Positions 24,619 to 33,748 of a DNA stretch of 64,000 bases are shown piece by piece. How positions within the stretch are numbered: the stretch's first letter is position 1; each line of letters opens with the position of its first letter. Made by a program: the position numbers and the translations under genes. This stretch comes from Candidatus Uhrbacteria bacterium. GTDB lineage: Bacteria; Patescibacteriota; Patescibacteriia; JACRJV01. Under the pieces are notes generated by a model. That model was not told the origin of the DNA. It worked only from the letters and a program-made list of their open reading frames with translations, and searched no databases. Location of the stretch: contig JACRJV010000007.1 of the NCBI GenBank assembly GCA_016215325.1, positions 3,728 to 67,727 of the forward strand. Reading direction: 5' to 3'.

Positions 24619-25608
24619 TTATTCTTTAATAATCTTAATTCTTTTGAGCGTGTTCAGCCCGGGCATTCTCTTCATAATCCCATGCTTGGGACCCATTTCC
24701 ATGATAACCAGACCGCTGTTATAGGACGCTAACCGCAATGATACCGGGATGTCTCCTTTAAATTTAATATAGCCTGCAAGAAACGCACTGCCAAATGCGT
24801 CACCGGCACCCGTGGTATTAATCGGCTTTTCCGCACTGCGCGCCTCTACAACATAGCGGCCGCCCTGTTCTGCCCAAGCAAACGCGCCGTGCTTCCCATC
24901 CGTGACAAGGATAACCCCAAACCGTGATCGATGCAACGTGTTGTAAATGCCTTGGATATTGTCAGGGAGTTTTTTGGTCAGCTGCGCCGCTTCTTCGCGA
25001 TTGACCATCAAAATATGGACCCCCGAATCAAAGGACTCGATCGCCTCCCAGCCCCATTCCAGCTCCCCCACCCCGGGATTCCACATGACCTTCACATTAT
25101 AGAATGTTGCCCAATCGACCAGATGCCGGAAAAATTCTCTGTTGCCGGCCAACGAGGTCACATAGAGCCACTTCGTCTTGAGTTGGTGGATCGGGAAATC
25201 GTCCCAGACAAAATGATGGGACGCCCCGCGATAGACGAGCACCGTGCGCTCGCCTTCGGGGGTGAGTAAGATGCTCGAATAGGCCGTACCATGTTCATGG
25301 TCAATATGAAGGTATCGGCAATCAACGCGCTCGTGTTTGAGCACGCGCAGCACTTCCTGCCCGGCCGGATCATTGCCGGCGCGCGAGACAATGCCGGTTT
25401 TGAATCCTGATCTGCGCAATGTGACCGCAGCATTCGTGGCTCCGCCGCCCGTATCAAACACAACCGAATCGAGCTCCACCTTAGCCCCTAATGCAAAACA
25501 TTCGCCCCTGCCGGTTGCGAATTTTTTAGAAGAAACAATCTGAACATCTTTCTGGATCAAAAAAACATCTTGCGTGGAGCTGCCGATGGTGACAATATCG
25601 AATGTCAT
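24619..25608 (-). CDS. PfkB-family carbohydrate kinase (ribokinase-like)
   Basis: There is an N-terminal GG motif and a C-terminal ...NTTGAGDAFGSAFLAGY... DxxGAGD motif. Confidence 0.75.
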   Translation of the reverse strand: MTFDIVTIGSSTQDVFLIQKDVQIVSSKKFATGRGECFALGAKVELDSVVFDTGGGATNAAVTLRRSGFKTGIVSRAGNDPAGQEVLRVLKHERVDCRYLHIDHEHGTAYSSILLTPEGERTVLVYRGASHHFVWDDFPIHQLKTKWLYVTSLAGNREFFRHLVDWATFYNVKVMWNPGVGELEWGWEAIESFDSGVHILMVNREEAAQLTKKLPDNIQGIYNTLHRSRFGVILVTDGKHGAFAWAEQGGRYVVEARSAEKPINTTGAGDAFGSAFLAGYIKFKGDIPVSLRLASYNSGLVIMEMGPKHGIMKRMPGLNTLKRIKIIKE

Positions 25609-25611
25609 AAT

Positions 25612-26016
25612 TTAGTTTTTGAGTGACGAGTTGCGAGTGACGAGTTTTTGTCGCTTTTGCTCTTCAAGATATGAAATGAGTGCGCCCACTCTCTTGGCTA
25701 AGAGTTCCAACGTATTATTGGTGCCATCAAACTCGGATTGAGAAATATGCCCCACTGAAAGGGCAATGTGCAGTTGATTGCGGACCTCACCAATTGAACC
25801 TCTGGCACTCCTTAAGAAACGGCAAAACTCATTATTATTTCTTTTCTCAAACCCTTCAACAATGTTAGAACTGATGGAAATTACCGCTCGCCGTATTTGG
25901 TCTCGCAATCCGAAATCTTTAGAAAATTTTTCTTTTGCTGATAAATCATAGATAACTTTGGTGTTTTCTAAGCTCATTTGCCATATCTCTAAATCTTCGA
26001 ATCGCGTAATATTCAT
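25612..26016 (-). CDS. Four-helix-bundle protein (TIGR02436 / '23S rRNA intervening-sequence protein' family)
   Basis: The sequence ...KFSKDFGLRDQIRRAVISISSNIVEGFEKR...FLRSARGSIGEVRNQL... is characteristic of this family. Confidence 0.75.
   Translation of the reverse strand: MNITRFEDLEIWQMSLENTKVIYDLSAKEKFSKDFGLRDQIRRAVISISSNIVEGFEKRNNNEFCRFLRSARGSIGEVRNQLHIALSVGHISQSEFDGTNNTLELLAKRVGALISYLEEQKRQKLVTRNSSLKN
25613..25650. repeat. Left inverted-repeat arm flanking the four-helix-bundle gene (GAGTGACGAGTTGCGAGTGACGAGTTTTTGTCGC)
   Basis: It is about 80% complementary to the arm at 26020..26062. It belongs to the same family as the trmD insert. Confidence 0.65.
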
Positions 26017-26019
26017 AAC

Positions 26020-26062
26020 TCATCACCCGTAACTCGTAACCCGTAACTCGTAACCCCTATAC
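26020..26062. repeat. Right inverted-repeat arm (CACCCGTAACTCGTAACCCGTAACTCGTAACCCCTATACCCTAAACCCTATTT)
   Basis: GTAAC(C/T)C heptamers are followed by a CCCTATACCCTAAACCC block, which resembles the in-frame inserts in nfo and at the trmD C-terminus. Confidence 0.65.
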
Positions 26063-26114
26063 CCTAAACCCTATTTATCAACATGCCCGACGCCTGCGCT
26101 TATTATACACCAAA

Positions 26115-26420
26115 ATGCATGATGGCTCATTGACGGCAGAGGCCCCAACTGATACCATAACCAAGTTACAATTATTTGTCATTGCTGAGTACGGGCGACA
26201 ATACACTCAACAACGCGCTGTGGACGGCCGTTTGAGCAACATTGCGAAACCTTACGGCCACAATGGCACACACTTCGGTATGATGCACGATGACACAACG
26301 ACCGCCACACCCGCCGCCGCTCCAGCTGGGGACACTTGCAGCGCTTGCCACAACTCGCCCTGCACCTGTCCCTCGAAGGATTCTAGCGCACCAACTCCAG
26401 CCGCACCCGCTGCGGTGTAA
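26115..26420 (+). CDS. Hypothetical small protein (101 aa) with a C-terminal CSACHNSPCTCP Cys cluster
   Basis: An ORF followed by a strong terminator. I recognised no family. Confidence 0.35.
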   Translation: MHDGSLTAEAPTDTITKLQLFVIAEYGRQYTQQRAVDGRLSNIAKPYGHNGTHFGMMHDDTTTATPAAAPAGDTCSACHNSPCTCPSKDSSAPTPAAPAAV

Positions 26421-26437
26421 TGGGATCGATTCGAATT

Positions 26438-26470
26438 AAAAACATCCCGATGTTCATCGGGATGTTTTTA
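26438..26470. terminator. Bidirectional intrinsic terminator
   Basis: The hairpin reads AAAAACATCCCGATG-TTC-ATCGGGATGTTTTTA. Confidence 0.8.
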
Positions 26471-26579
26471 ATCATGATCACATCGCTCTCAGCCGTTTGA
26501 CTCGCTCTTCGAATGGCGATTTGTTTCATTTCTGTTTTGCCGATAGATCATATAAGTAACCTTGATGGGCGGGAATGCA

Positions 26580-27410
26580 CTATGCTGCCTCCAATGCTTC
26601 GGATTCGATAGGTGTGGGCGCCGGCCGTTTGGGAGGGCGTCCAAACAACGCCGCAGGGCTGCCCATGTCCAATCGCGGCCACCATACACCGATGATGTTA
26701 GAAATCGGATCCGGGTGGATCAATGTCTGCTTTGCTTTTTCCAGCGGTGCACCCTCTTTGGTTGCGGCGAGCGCGCTGAGTCCAGCGGTCATCCGTTTGT
26801 GGCATTGCCCAATACGATCGATAAGGGGGAAGAGTTGCTTTTGCATCGCGATCACCCACCCCTCTCCCAACTGCCAAGCGTGTCCGCGCTGCTTCTGAAG
26901 AATGGAGTTATACTGCTCAAGAAAACTGGGGTCTCTGCCTTGCTTGTACCAAATCGGGCCGATCCCCCGATCAATTGCTTGCCATTGATCCGGACTCAAT
27001 TCCAAGGCAAAATTCTTTTGGAGATACTGCCGCATGGATCTCTTCATCACCAGCAATCCTACGTCGTACCATATGCCGAACAAATCCCCGGTGGTTCGCG
27101 CTTGTTCAACGGCCACGTCATGCTGCGCTTTGGCGGTCATTACTTCATTAATACTGCGCACCAGTGCCACATACCCCTTGGACTGTTGCTCGATGTCGCC
27201 CTCACGAGAAAAATCCACGTTCAATACATCGGGGTGTTCTTGCACAAGTTGTTGGTACAATTCCATCGCCACGTCGTATCGACGCTGGAGATGATCGAAT
27301 GCCGCCGCGTCCATCGAACGGTACGGCTCCAATGCCGCCGGAATTGCCGAGGTCTCTCGTGTCACCCGTTCCATGGTGTTGCTCATACCAATAGCAATAA
27401 TTAATGTCAT
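26580..27410 (-). CDS. Hypothetical protein (276 aa)
   Basis: The ORF looks protein-like and helical. The overlapping plus-strand ORF 26562..27404 is Cys/Arg-rich and was judged to be an antisense artefact. Confidence 0.45.
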   Translation of the reverse strand: MTLIIAIGMSNTMERVTRETSAIPAALEPYRSMDAAAFDHLQRRYDVAMELYQQLVQEHPDVLNVDFSREGDIEQQSKGYVALVRSINEVMTAKAQHDVAVEQARTTGDLFGIWYDVGLLVMKRSMRQYLQKNFALELSPDQWQAIDRGIGPIWYKQGRDPSFLEQYNSILQKQRGHAWQLGEGWVIAMQKQLFPLIDRIGQCHKRMTAGLSALAATKEGAPLEKAKQTLIHPDPISNIIGVWWPRLDMGSPAALFGRPPKRPAPTPIESEALEAA

Positions 27411-27460
27411 TCTTTTATCTTCTGCGATGAGAAGTTGCTAAACTCTATTGTAGGGCCAGA

Positions 27461-28369
27461 CTAGTTTGTTTTTTCTACCTTCTCAAAACAATCGTCCCGC
27501 AATGTTTTATCTTGACGTAGCGTTTTTGTTTCCGGTTGAATTAATGCACAAATCTGGAACGCATGCTGATCAAGGGCGATCCCGTAATAACAGTTATCTT
27601 TACCCGCCTGACTGCTGATGTCATTACAAAGATCGGGCGCGCCTTTCTTCCGCGCTATCGTCCGATAGCAGCTATTGCGCGTTGTCTCTTTTTGAATGAG
27701 TGCGCAGGAATTTGGATCTTGTTTTTCCATGGCAATGATTCCAAACAAACACTCATCTTTCAATGGTATCGTGGGGAGCAAGTTGCAGTACTCCACACTC
27801 TGTTGTTGGTCAGCCACTGCTTGGATACAGATATATTTTATTGCGGACGGAATTTGCGTTTTACATGTTTCTATATTGATGGGTTCTCCCGAGCTGAAAA
27901 GTTTTTTATCATAATTTTTTTCATCTGTTCCTGCCTCTGTAATGCTGCTGCTAAAACACTGCTCTTTTATCTCCGCGTGTGATATTCGTTGGCACAAATC
28001 AGCGTCTTGTTTCTCTATAGCACGATTAATAATGCACTCAATTCGTTTTACTTCAGTGCCACCGCCATAAAAGAACCCGCTCAATGGGGCAAGCGCTTTA
28101 CACGCAGAAAGTGTGGACAGAATCAAAGAAACAGCCCAAGAAAACAGGACGAACCCCCCAATTATCAGACCGATAACACGCCATTTCCTTTTCTTGCCTC
28201 CAGTTAAGGCGGCGTTCGTTGTGTCTTTATCGTTGGATGCCTTTTCTTGCAAGCTTTGTTGAATAGCACTTTCTTCCCAGCCCGCTTCATGAAGAGCGCG
28301 GGCGATTTCTTGATCGCTCATGCCGGATTGACGTGCTTGATGGAAATACTCTTCTAATTGTTGATCCAT
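27461..28369 (-). CDS. Single-pass membrane protein with a periodic Cys-repeat ectodomain
   Basis: The N-terminal cytoplasmic segment ...GMSDQEIARALHEAGWEESAIQQSL... precedes one TM helix. About eight repeats of the form xxx(D/N)xC(x)2-3(I/V) then follow, spaced 12-25 aa apart. The N-terminal motif is shared with the 619-aa membrane protein at 55638..57497. Confidence 0.5.
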   Translation of the reverse strand: MDQQLEEYFHQARQSGMSDQEIARALHEAGWEESAIQQSLQEKASNDKDTTNAALTGGKKRKWRVIGLIIGGFVLFSWAVSLILSTLSACKALAPLSGFFYGGGTEVKRIECIINRAIEKQDADLCQRISHAEIKEQCFSSSITEAGTDEKNYDKKLFSSGEPINIETCKTQIPSAIKYICIQAVADQQQSVEYCNLLPTIPLKDECLFGIIAMEKQDPNSCALIQKETTRNSCYRTIARKKGAPDLCNDISSQAGKDNCYYGIALDQHAFQICALIQPETKTLRQDKTLRDDCFEKVEKTN

Positions 28370-28565
28370 AGAAAGGGCAACTTATTAACACTGCTCTGAT
28401 AGTATACTCTATTTTCTCCGCTTTTGTTCTATGTATCAACGTATTAATACGTGAGTACATACCCAATGCCGTTCTCTACTAAAATATTGCTCGGTCTACT
28501 CTTTCGGACTCCGTGGTGATTCAGTGTGAGGGAATTCCATAGAACGTTCCATAGAACGAATGCCG

Positions 28566-28799
28566 TTAAAGTAGCTCCAAAAATTCTTCGATCGAAATCC
28601 CCATATCGTCAATGATGCTCCTGAGCAATGGTTTTTTAATCGTTCGGCCTCCATGCATTGGAATAACTGTTCTTCGGTGACGGGATGGATGAATATAAAC
28701 TGCATGGCTTCCACTTTGTCGATCAAACAAAAAACCAGCGCGTTCCAATGCTCGAGTCACTTCTCGAGCATTGAGTGCCGGCAACTGGGATAACCCCAT
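28566..28799 (-). CDS. hicA: HicA-family toxin, an mRNA interferase. The ORF is open to 28916.
   Basis: The sequence ...LNAREVTRALERAGFLFDRQSGSHAVYIHPSRHRRTVIPMHGGRTIKKPLLRSII... matches the family signature. Confidence 0.75.
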   Translation of the reverse strand: MGLSQLPALNAREVTRALERAGFLFDRQSGSHAVYIHPSRHRRTVIPMHGGRTIKKPLLRSIIDDMGISIEEFLELL

Positions 28800-28803
28800 A
28801 GTG

Positions 28804-29034
28804 TTATGCCGCGAACTCAACCTCCACCGTCCCCTGAAACACTTTTTGCTCTTGCGGCACTGGCTCATGATGCGCTTGGAGACTCTCAATGTACAGCGCG
28901 ATAGCATCTTTAACATTTGCCTCGGCTTCTTCTAGTGTTTCCCCTTGTGTATGACAACCCGGCAATGTGGGCACAAAAGCCGTAACACCTCCTTCAAGAT
29001 CGTACTGATAGATAACCGAATATCGATAACTCAT
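28804..29034 (-). CDS. hicB: HicB-family antitoxin
   Basis: The sequence ...TAFVPTLPGCHTQGETLEEAEANVKDAIALYIESL... matches HicB and the gene sits upstream of hicA. Confidence 0.7.
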   Translation of the reverse strand: MSYRYSVIYQYDLEGGVTAFVPTLPGCHTQGETLEEAEANVKDAIALYIESLQAHHEPVPQEQKVFQGTVEVEFAA

Positions 29035-29071
29035 ATACTTTTAGCGTATCACAACGAACGATGTCGTCAAC

Positions 29072-29962
29072 TTACATTGCTCGCAGACGCTTTATCCGCT
29101 CTTCAAGAGGTGGATGCGTGGAAAACAAATTCGTCAATTTCTTTGCCGAAAATGGGCTGGAGAAAAAGAGATGCGCCGTCGCATTGTTAGCGCTGGCCAT
29201 CGGCCGATTTTGCGCCCCGATTTTTTCCAAAGCCCGCGCAAGACCCTCAGGGTAGCGAGTGAGCAACGCTCCGCTGGCATCCGCCAAAAACTCCCGCTTG
29301 CGACTGACCGCGAGTTTAATGAGTTCTGCAATAATGGGCGAGAGGATCAGAAGCGCTATTCCAATAATCATGAGTGCAGGGTTGCCGCCTCGACTATCAC
29401 GATCCCGACCGCGGCCGCCAAACCAAAACTGGCTGCGGATGAACCAATCCGACAAAATCGAAATAATGCCGACCATGATAATGACAATGGTCATTACGCG
29501 GATATCATAATTGCCGACGTGGCTCAACTCGTGTGCAAGTACTCCTTCGAGTTCTTCGTTTTCGAGCCGCTCGATGGCTCCGGTGGTAACGGCAACCGAT
29601 GCATGGCTCGGGTCGCGGCCGGTGGCAAACGCGTTGATCGCCGGATCTTGGATCACATAGACTTTTGGTTGAGGAAGTCCCGCGGTAATCGCCAAATTCT
29701 CAACCATATTCACAATGTATGGATTGTCGGACTTTGTCACCGGATGGGCGCCACTCACAGCCAACGCCACTTTGTCGCCGGTATAGTAACTCACCATTGC
29801 CATCAAAATCGAAAACGCGCTAGCCATCACCACGAATTCGATGCCATATCCGTAGATGGTCCGCAAAAAATAGACCACCCCGGTGATAAAAGCGATATAG
29901 ACCGCAATGAGCATTGCGGTCTTGCGTTTATTCGAAGCGATGTGGGTATAAAGAGTTGCCAT
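29072..29962 (-). CDS. htpX: Membrane zinc metalloprotease HtpX (M48 family)
   Basis: TM helices are present, together with the HELSHV zinc-binding motif and a C-terminal ...STHPPLEERIKRL... segment. Confidence 0.85.
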   Translation of the reverse strand: MATLYTHIASNKRKTAMLIAVYIAFITGVVYFLRTIYGYGIEFVVMASAFSILMAMVSYYTGDKVALAVSGAHPVTKSDNPYIVNMVENLAITAGLPQPKVYVIQDPAINAFATGRDPSHASVAVTTGAIERLENEELEGVLAHELSHVGNYDIRVMTIVIIMVGIISILSDWFIRSQFWFGGRGRDRDSRGGNPALMIIGIALLILSPIIAELIKLAVSRKREFLADASGALLTRYPEGLARALEKIGAQNRPMASANNATAHLFFSSPFSAKKLTNLFSTHPPLEERIKRLRAM

Positions 29963-29972
29963 GGTAAGAGTG

Positions 29973-30359
29973 TTATGCTGCTTTGAGGAGGTCCACAGGG
30001 ACCCCTTCTTCCGCTAATCGTTCTTTTGCAAATTCGACCATTTCCCGATCAGCTCTTGCAAAAAATTCTGTATTTGGGTCATCGACGCCGCGGGCAGTGA
30101 GTGTTCTTGGATCATCCTCCGAAGAGTAGGCGGGAGAACTCTTCTTGGCCCGTCGATCCTGGGCCGTTACGCCTTCGAGGAGAGCAATAAATCGCTCAGG
30201 AGTATATTCTTGATGAGATTCCTTCGATATGATCACAACATTCCCTCTGCGCCGCTCAATCTGATACTGATGGTTGAAACGATCTCGTACTGTCTGTCGC
30301 AAGGCGCTTTCACTCTCTGTCGCTTTTGGCTGTTGATAAAGCCCGCGATGTTCTCCCAT
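29973..30359 (-). CDS. Hypothetical protein (128 aa)
   Basis: An ORF between htpX and lemA with no recognised motif. Confidence 0.4.
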   Translation of the reverse strand: MGEHRGLYQQPKATESESALRQTVRDRFNHQYQIERRRGNVVIISKESHQEYTPERFIALLEGVTAQDRRAKKSSPAYSSEDDPRTLTARGVDDPNTEFFARADREMVEFAKERLAEEGVPVDLLKAA

Positions 30360-30380
30360 ATGATTACTGTTTAAATGTCA

Positions 30381-30998
30381 TTAAAATTTCACTTTTACAT
30401 TCTCTCGCTGCTTGGCATCCTCAATCTCGAAAAACTTTTCTTCGCTAAAACCGAACATGCCGGCCATCGTATTGGTCGGGAACGTTTGGATGGCGGTGTT
30501 GTAATCGCGGACATTACCGTTGTAGAACCGTCGAGCGGCTTGAATTTTATTTTCAGTATCAGAGAGTTCATCTTGGAGCTTCAAAAAGTTCGTATTAGCC
30601 TTGAGATCTGGGTAGGCCTCCGACAGTGCAAAGATGGACTTGAGTGCTCCGGTGAGCATATTCTCGCTCTGTGCCATGTCCTCGGGCGTTGCTCCTTTTT
30701 TATCGTGCACCTGCATAGCGCTGTTGCGCGCTTGAATCACGCGCTCCAATGTTTCTTTTTCATGAGCGGCATACCCCTTCACCGTTTCAACGAGATTCGG
30801 GATAAGATCGTACCGGCGTTTGAGCTGCACATCAATATCGCTCCATGCTTCTTTCACCTGCATGCGGGCTCGCACAAGGCCGTTATACATCCCCACCATC
30901 CAAACACCGATAAGAATAAGTACGATAATAAAAATCCAAAAACCACTCATAAGGTTATTCCTTAATAGAGACAAATAGATGCCTATTCTAAAAAACAT
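30381..30998 (-). CDS. lemA: LemA-family membrane protein. The start is possibly the internal MSGFW...
   Basis: There is an N-terminal TM helix and a C-terminal ...ARRFYNGNVRDYNTAIQTFPTNTMA... segment typical of LemA. Confidence 0.75.
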   Translation of the reverse strand: MFFRIGIYLSLLRNNLMSGFWIFIIVLILIGVWMVGMYNGLVRARMQVKEAWSDIDVQLKRRYDLIPNLVETVKGYAAHEKETLERVIQARNSAMQVHDKKGATPEDMAQSENMLTGALKSIFALSEAYPDLKANTNFLKLQDELSDTENKIQAARRFYNGNVRDYNTAIQTFPTNTMAGMFGFSEEKFFEIEDAKQRENVKVKF

Positions 30999-31088
30999 CT
31001 CCCTCTATCCTATCACCATTGCCTGGGACTTTTCAATAGTGAGTGACAACGTGTGGGGGCAACGGTGTGCTGGAGGAGTGTGGCGTAC

Positions 31089-32480
31089 TTACGGCAGGAG
31101 TAATGGAGGGAGGACGGCATCAATAACACGAATGGACGTTTCGTCACTGCCATACCCCACAACCGATCCTGTAATACGATGGTCTCCGCTGCCCTCTGGC
31201 GTAGCGACACGGAATACCCACGTGCGAGAAGTGTTGGCATCAATCGTGATCAGGGTGATTTCGTCCGGGCAAACAAGGGCGGGCGGGACTTGATTATCAA
31301 TCATCATCGTCGCAGGGCACCCGGATGGGATATTGAGTTTAACAGAATGGTCAGATTGATTGGCCGCGCTCACTGTCACGATCATCTGCTGCCCGGCGGT
31401 ATATTGCGGGCGATCGGTTATGACTTTTACTCGGACGAATGTCGAAACATCTGCGGACTCGATGGAGGAAGAACCTTTGGGGGCAGCGACGCTGGATAAT
31501 TTGTTCTGGGCATTGATGAGTTCTTCCGCCTCCAACGCAGATCGTTGTGCATCGCGCAATGAAGTAATCGCCCGACGATCGTCTTGTTCATCGAACTTCT
31601 GTACCCCCGCACTCAGTTGATCTTTTGCGCGTTCAACGCGTTCGATGACCTTCTCGCGCACAGGAGAAGGGCCCGATTGTTTGAGCAATGCTTCTGCCTT
31701 GGAAACAGTGTTTTGAGCGATCGTTTGGCGACGGACAATATTCTCTCGTTGTTGTTTTTTATCGCTGCGAATCTCGCCTTCGATATCCTTGGACGCAGAT
31801 GCAACGGCTTTGGATTGATCCTCAAGAGAGATGCGCAGCGGTGAGAGGAGAGCACTCGTTGGCCCAGCCCCGAGTGTCTCTAATATCACAGTATGCGCCC
31901 GCAGAGTTGCCTCAAATTGCGTGCTCAAGTCGTCAGCAATATCCACATCCTGTTGGTCTTTTAACGTCGCCAACGTCACCTGGACGGCCTGTGTATGTTT
32001 GAGAAAACGCTGCTGAAGATCGGCTTGCGTGTCGGTATCTAATCTCTTTTGTGCGGCCAACTGTTCCGCTTCCTCCAAGCGGGCCCGAGCGCGATCTTTT
32101 TGCCATTGCCCCTTTGCCGACAGCGATACTCGCGTCGCGCCTTTGATGGGCTCCACAATATTCACTTTGAGTGGATACAATCGATCCCCTGGCAATGCCC
32201 GCTCTGCCGCAAGCACCCCTTGGCGGCCAATACCAATCACCACAACCAACGCTAGCGCGAATGCCGCTATGGGCTTACGTGACCACAGCGTCCAGGGCGA
32301 GGCGGGAGACACGAGAACATCCTGTGGCGGATGCTGTCCAATAAATTCAGTAATCACCATTCGGGTTTGTTCTTGTTCAGAATTCGTTAACCGCAACCTC
32401 CGAGCATCCCGAACAAGATCATCCATCCCCGGGATAGAGTTTGTCCGCCGCCGAAATAGTGATTGTATCCATTGAATCAT
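31089..32480 (-). CDS. Anti-sigma-factor-like membrane protein (DUF5667-like)
   Basis: The gene follows the ECF sigma gene. A cytoplasmic N-terminus, one TM helix and a ...GDRLYPLKVNIVEPIKG... segment precede a long coiled-coil and beta-rich ectodomain. Confidence 0.5.
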   Translation of the reverse strand: MIQWIQSLFRRRTNSIPGMDDLVRDARRLRLTNSEQEQTRMVITEFIGQHPPQDVLVSPASPWTLWSRKPIAAFALALVVVIGIGRQGVLAAERALPGDRLYPLKVNIVEPIKGATRVSLSAKGQWQKDRARARLEEAEQLAAQKRLDTDTQADLQQRFLKHTQAVQVTLATLKDQQDVDIADDLSTQFEATLRAHTVILETLGAGPTSALLSPLRISLEDQSKAVASASKDIEGEIRSDKKQQRENIVRRQTIAQNTVSKAEALLKQSGPSPVREKVIERVERAKDQLSAGVQKFDEQDDRRAITSLRDAQRSALEAEELINAQNKLSSVAAPKGSSSIESADVSTFVRVKVITDRPQYTAGQQMIVTVSAANQSDHSVKLNIPSGCPATMMIDNQVPPALVCPDEITLITIDANTSRTWVFRVATPEGSGDHRITGSVVGYGSDETSIRVIDAVLPPLLLP

Positions 32481-32498
32481 ATAAGAAATTTTATTTGT

Positions 32499-33047
32499 TT
32501 ATTGATTTACTTGTTGCAACAGAACTTTTCGCAGTTGGGCAATCGCGCGATGGATGCGGACCGAAACCACATTCGGAGTTTCATCAACAATCTTGGCGAT
32601 TTCTCTCGGGCTCAAGCCATCCACGAATCGCATGATAATCACTTCTTTGTACGGCCCGTCCAACTGCTCGACAGCTTCTAACGCTTGCTTGCCATCGATG
32701 TGGTCCATGAGCGTTGTTCGATGATCGACACCGGGCTCATACACGAGCTGTTCTGATGGAGGAGCATAGGGATCGGCGCTGCTGCCCATGGCATGCTGCT
32801 CAAGCGAAACATCTTTCTTTTTTCGATATTCATCAATCACTAAGTTATTCACCACGCGATACAGAAACGTCTTGACGCTGCGGATTTCCTTCCCATCAAT
32901 ATTGTACTTCCATGCCCGCAAGAATGCTTCCTGCATCAACTCCCGCGCTCGTTCGCGATTGCTGATGCGATAATAACAATGCCGAAACAATGGGTCGGCG
33001 AGCATTTCGTAGGCTTCCATGAATTGTCGCTGGGTAAGCATAGGCAT
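32499..33047 (-). CDS. ECF-type RNA polymerase sigma-70 family factor
   Basis: A region-2 segment ...LMQEAFLRAWKYN... and a region-4 segment ...LSPREIAKIVDETPNVVSVRIHRAIAQLR... are present. Confidence 0.8.
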   Translation of the reverse strand: MPMLTQRQFMEAYEMLADPLFRHCYYRISNRERARELMQEAFLRAWKYNIDGKEIRSVKTFLYRVVNNLVIDEYRKKKDVSLEQHAMGSSADPYAPPSEQLVYEPGVDHRTTLMDHIDGKQALEAVEQLDGPYKEVIIMRFVDGLSPREIAKIVDETPNVVSVRIHRAIAQLRKVLLQQVNQ

Positions 33048-33177
33048 GGGATTCAGTGATCCTCATCCTTTTAGGATACGCCGCCCCTTATCCTCCACGC
33101 AAGAGGCCCTGGATCCAACAATTCCTCTGCCGCGTGGGCAGGGGAATTGTGCATCACCGCTCTTGTGACGTCGTGTG

Positions 33178-33606
33178 CTATGGCAGCACGCGGACAGTTA
33201 CGGTTGCGTTCCCATATCCATTGACCCATCCGGTCAGGCTATGCCACCCTGGCCCGATCCCTTTGTCAAAGTACATCACCCAATTCACTGTTTGCCCAGG
33301 CGCAATGGTCAGCGACCCTATATTCGGATCGCAATGCCACAATAACTGTTGCCAATCCAGGCTTAACCCCGCATCACATCCCATCGGGTGGCTCACGACA
33401 ACAGTGCTGTCCGAAATGTTGGTGAGCGATATGGTCACTCGGGGGGCATCCCCCACGAAGTACACATCGGAATCGGTCGTGACGCTAATAGTGAGCGTTC
33501 GGCGCATCTCAGGACGAGTCGCCGGGTTCACAGCAGCACTCACCGGCAGGACAATCAGGGCAAAGGCGGCTGTTGTGATGATTGCAATGATTCGTTTCAT
33601 AGGCAC
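33178..33606 (-). CDS. Secreted hypothetical protein (142 aa)
   Basis: The sequence begins with a signal peptide, MPMKRIIAIITTAAFALIVLPVSAA. Confidence 0.45.
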   Translation of the reverse strand: MPMKRIIAIITTAAFALIVLPVSAAVNPATRPEMRRTLTISVTTDSDVYFVGDAPRVTISLTNISDSTVVVSHPMGCDAGLSLDWQQLLWHCDPNIGSLTIAPGQTVNWVMYFDKGIGPGWHSLTGWVNGYGNATVTVRVLP

Positions 33607-33748
33607 TCTTGGCGCTCAAGGAGTAGTAATCTCAAATTCATGGAACAGTGTCATCGACCTTTGCCCCTCCTCGATCGACCGTTCACAAATACAAACGACG
33701 GCTGTCTGCCGTCGTTCTTACAAACGCCGCTCATCGTTACTGTGCATG

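Noticed and set aside
26562-27404. 280-aa plus-strand ORF overlapping the 276-aa minus-strand ORF
   Set aside because: The plus-strand product is Cys/Arg/Gly-rich and lacks protein-like periodicity. The minus-strand frame fits the surrounding co-oriented gene string.
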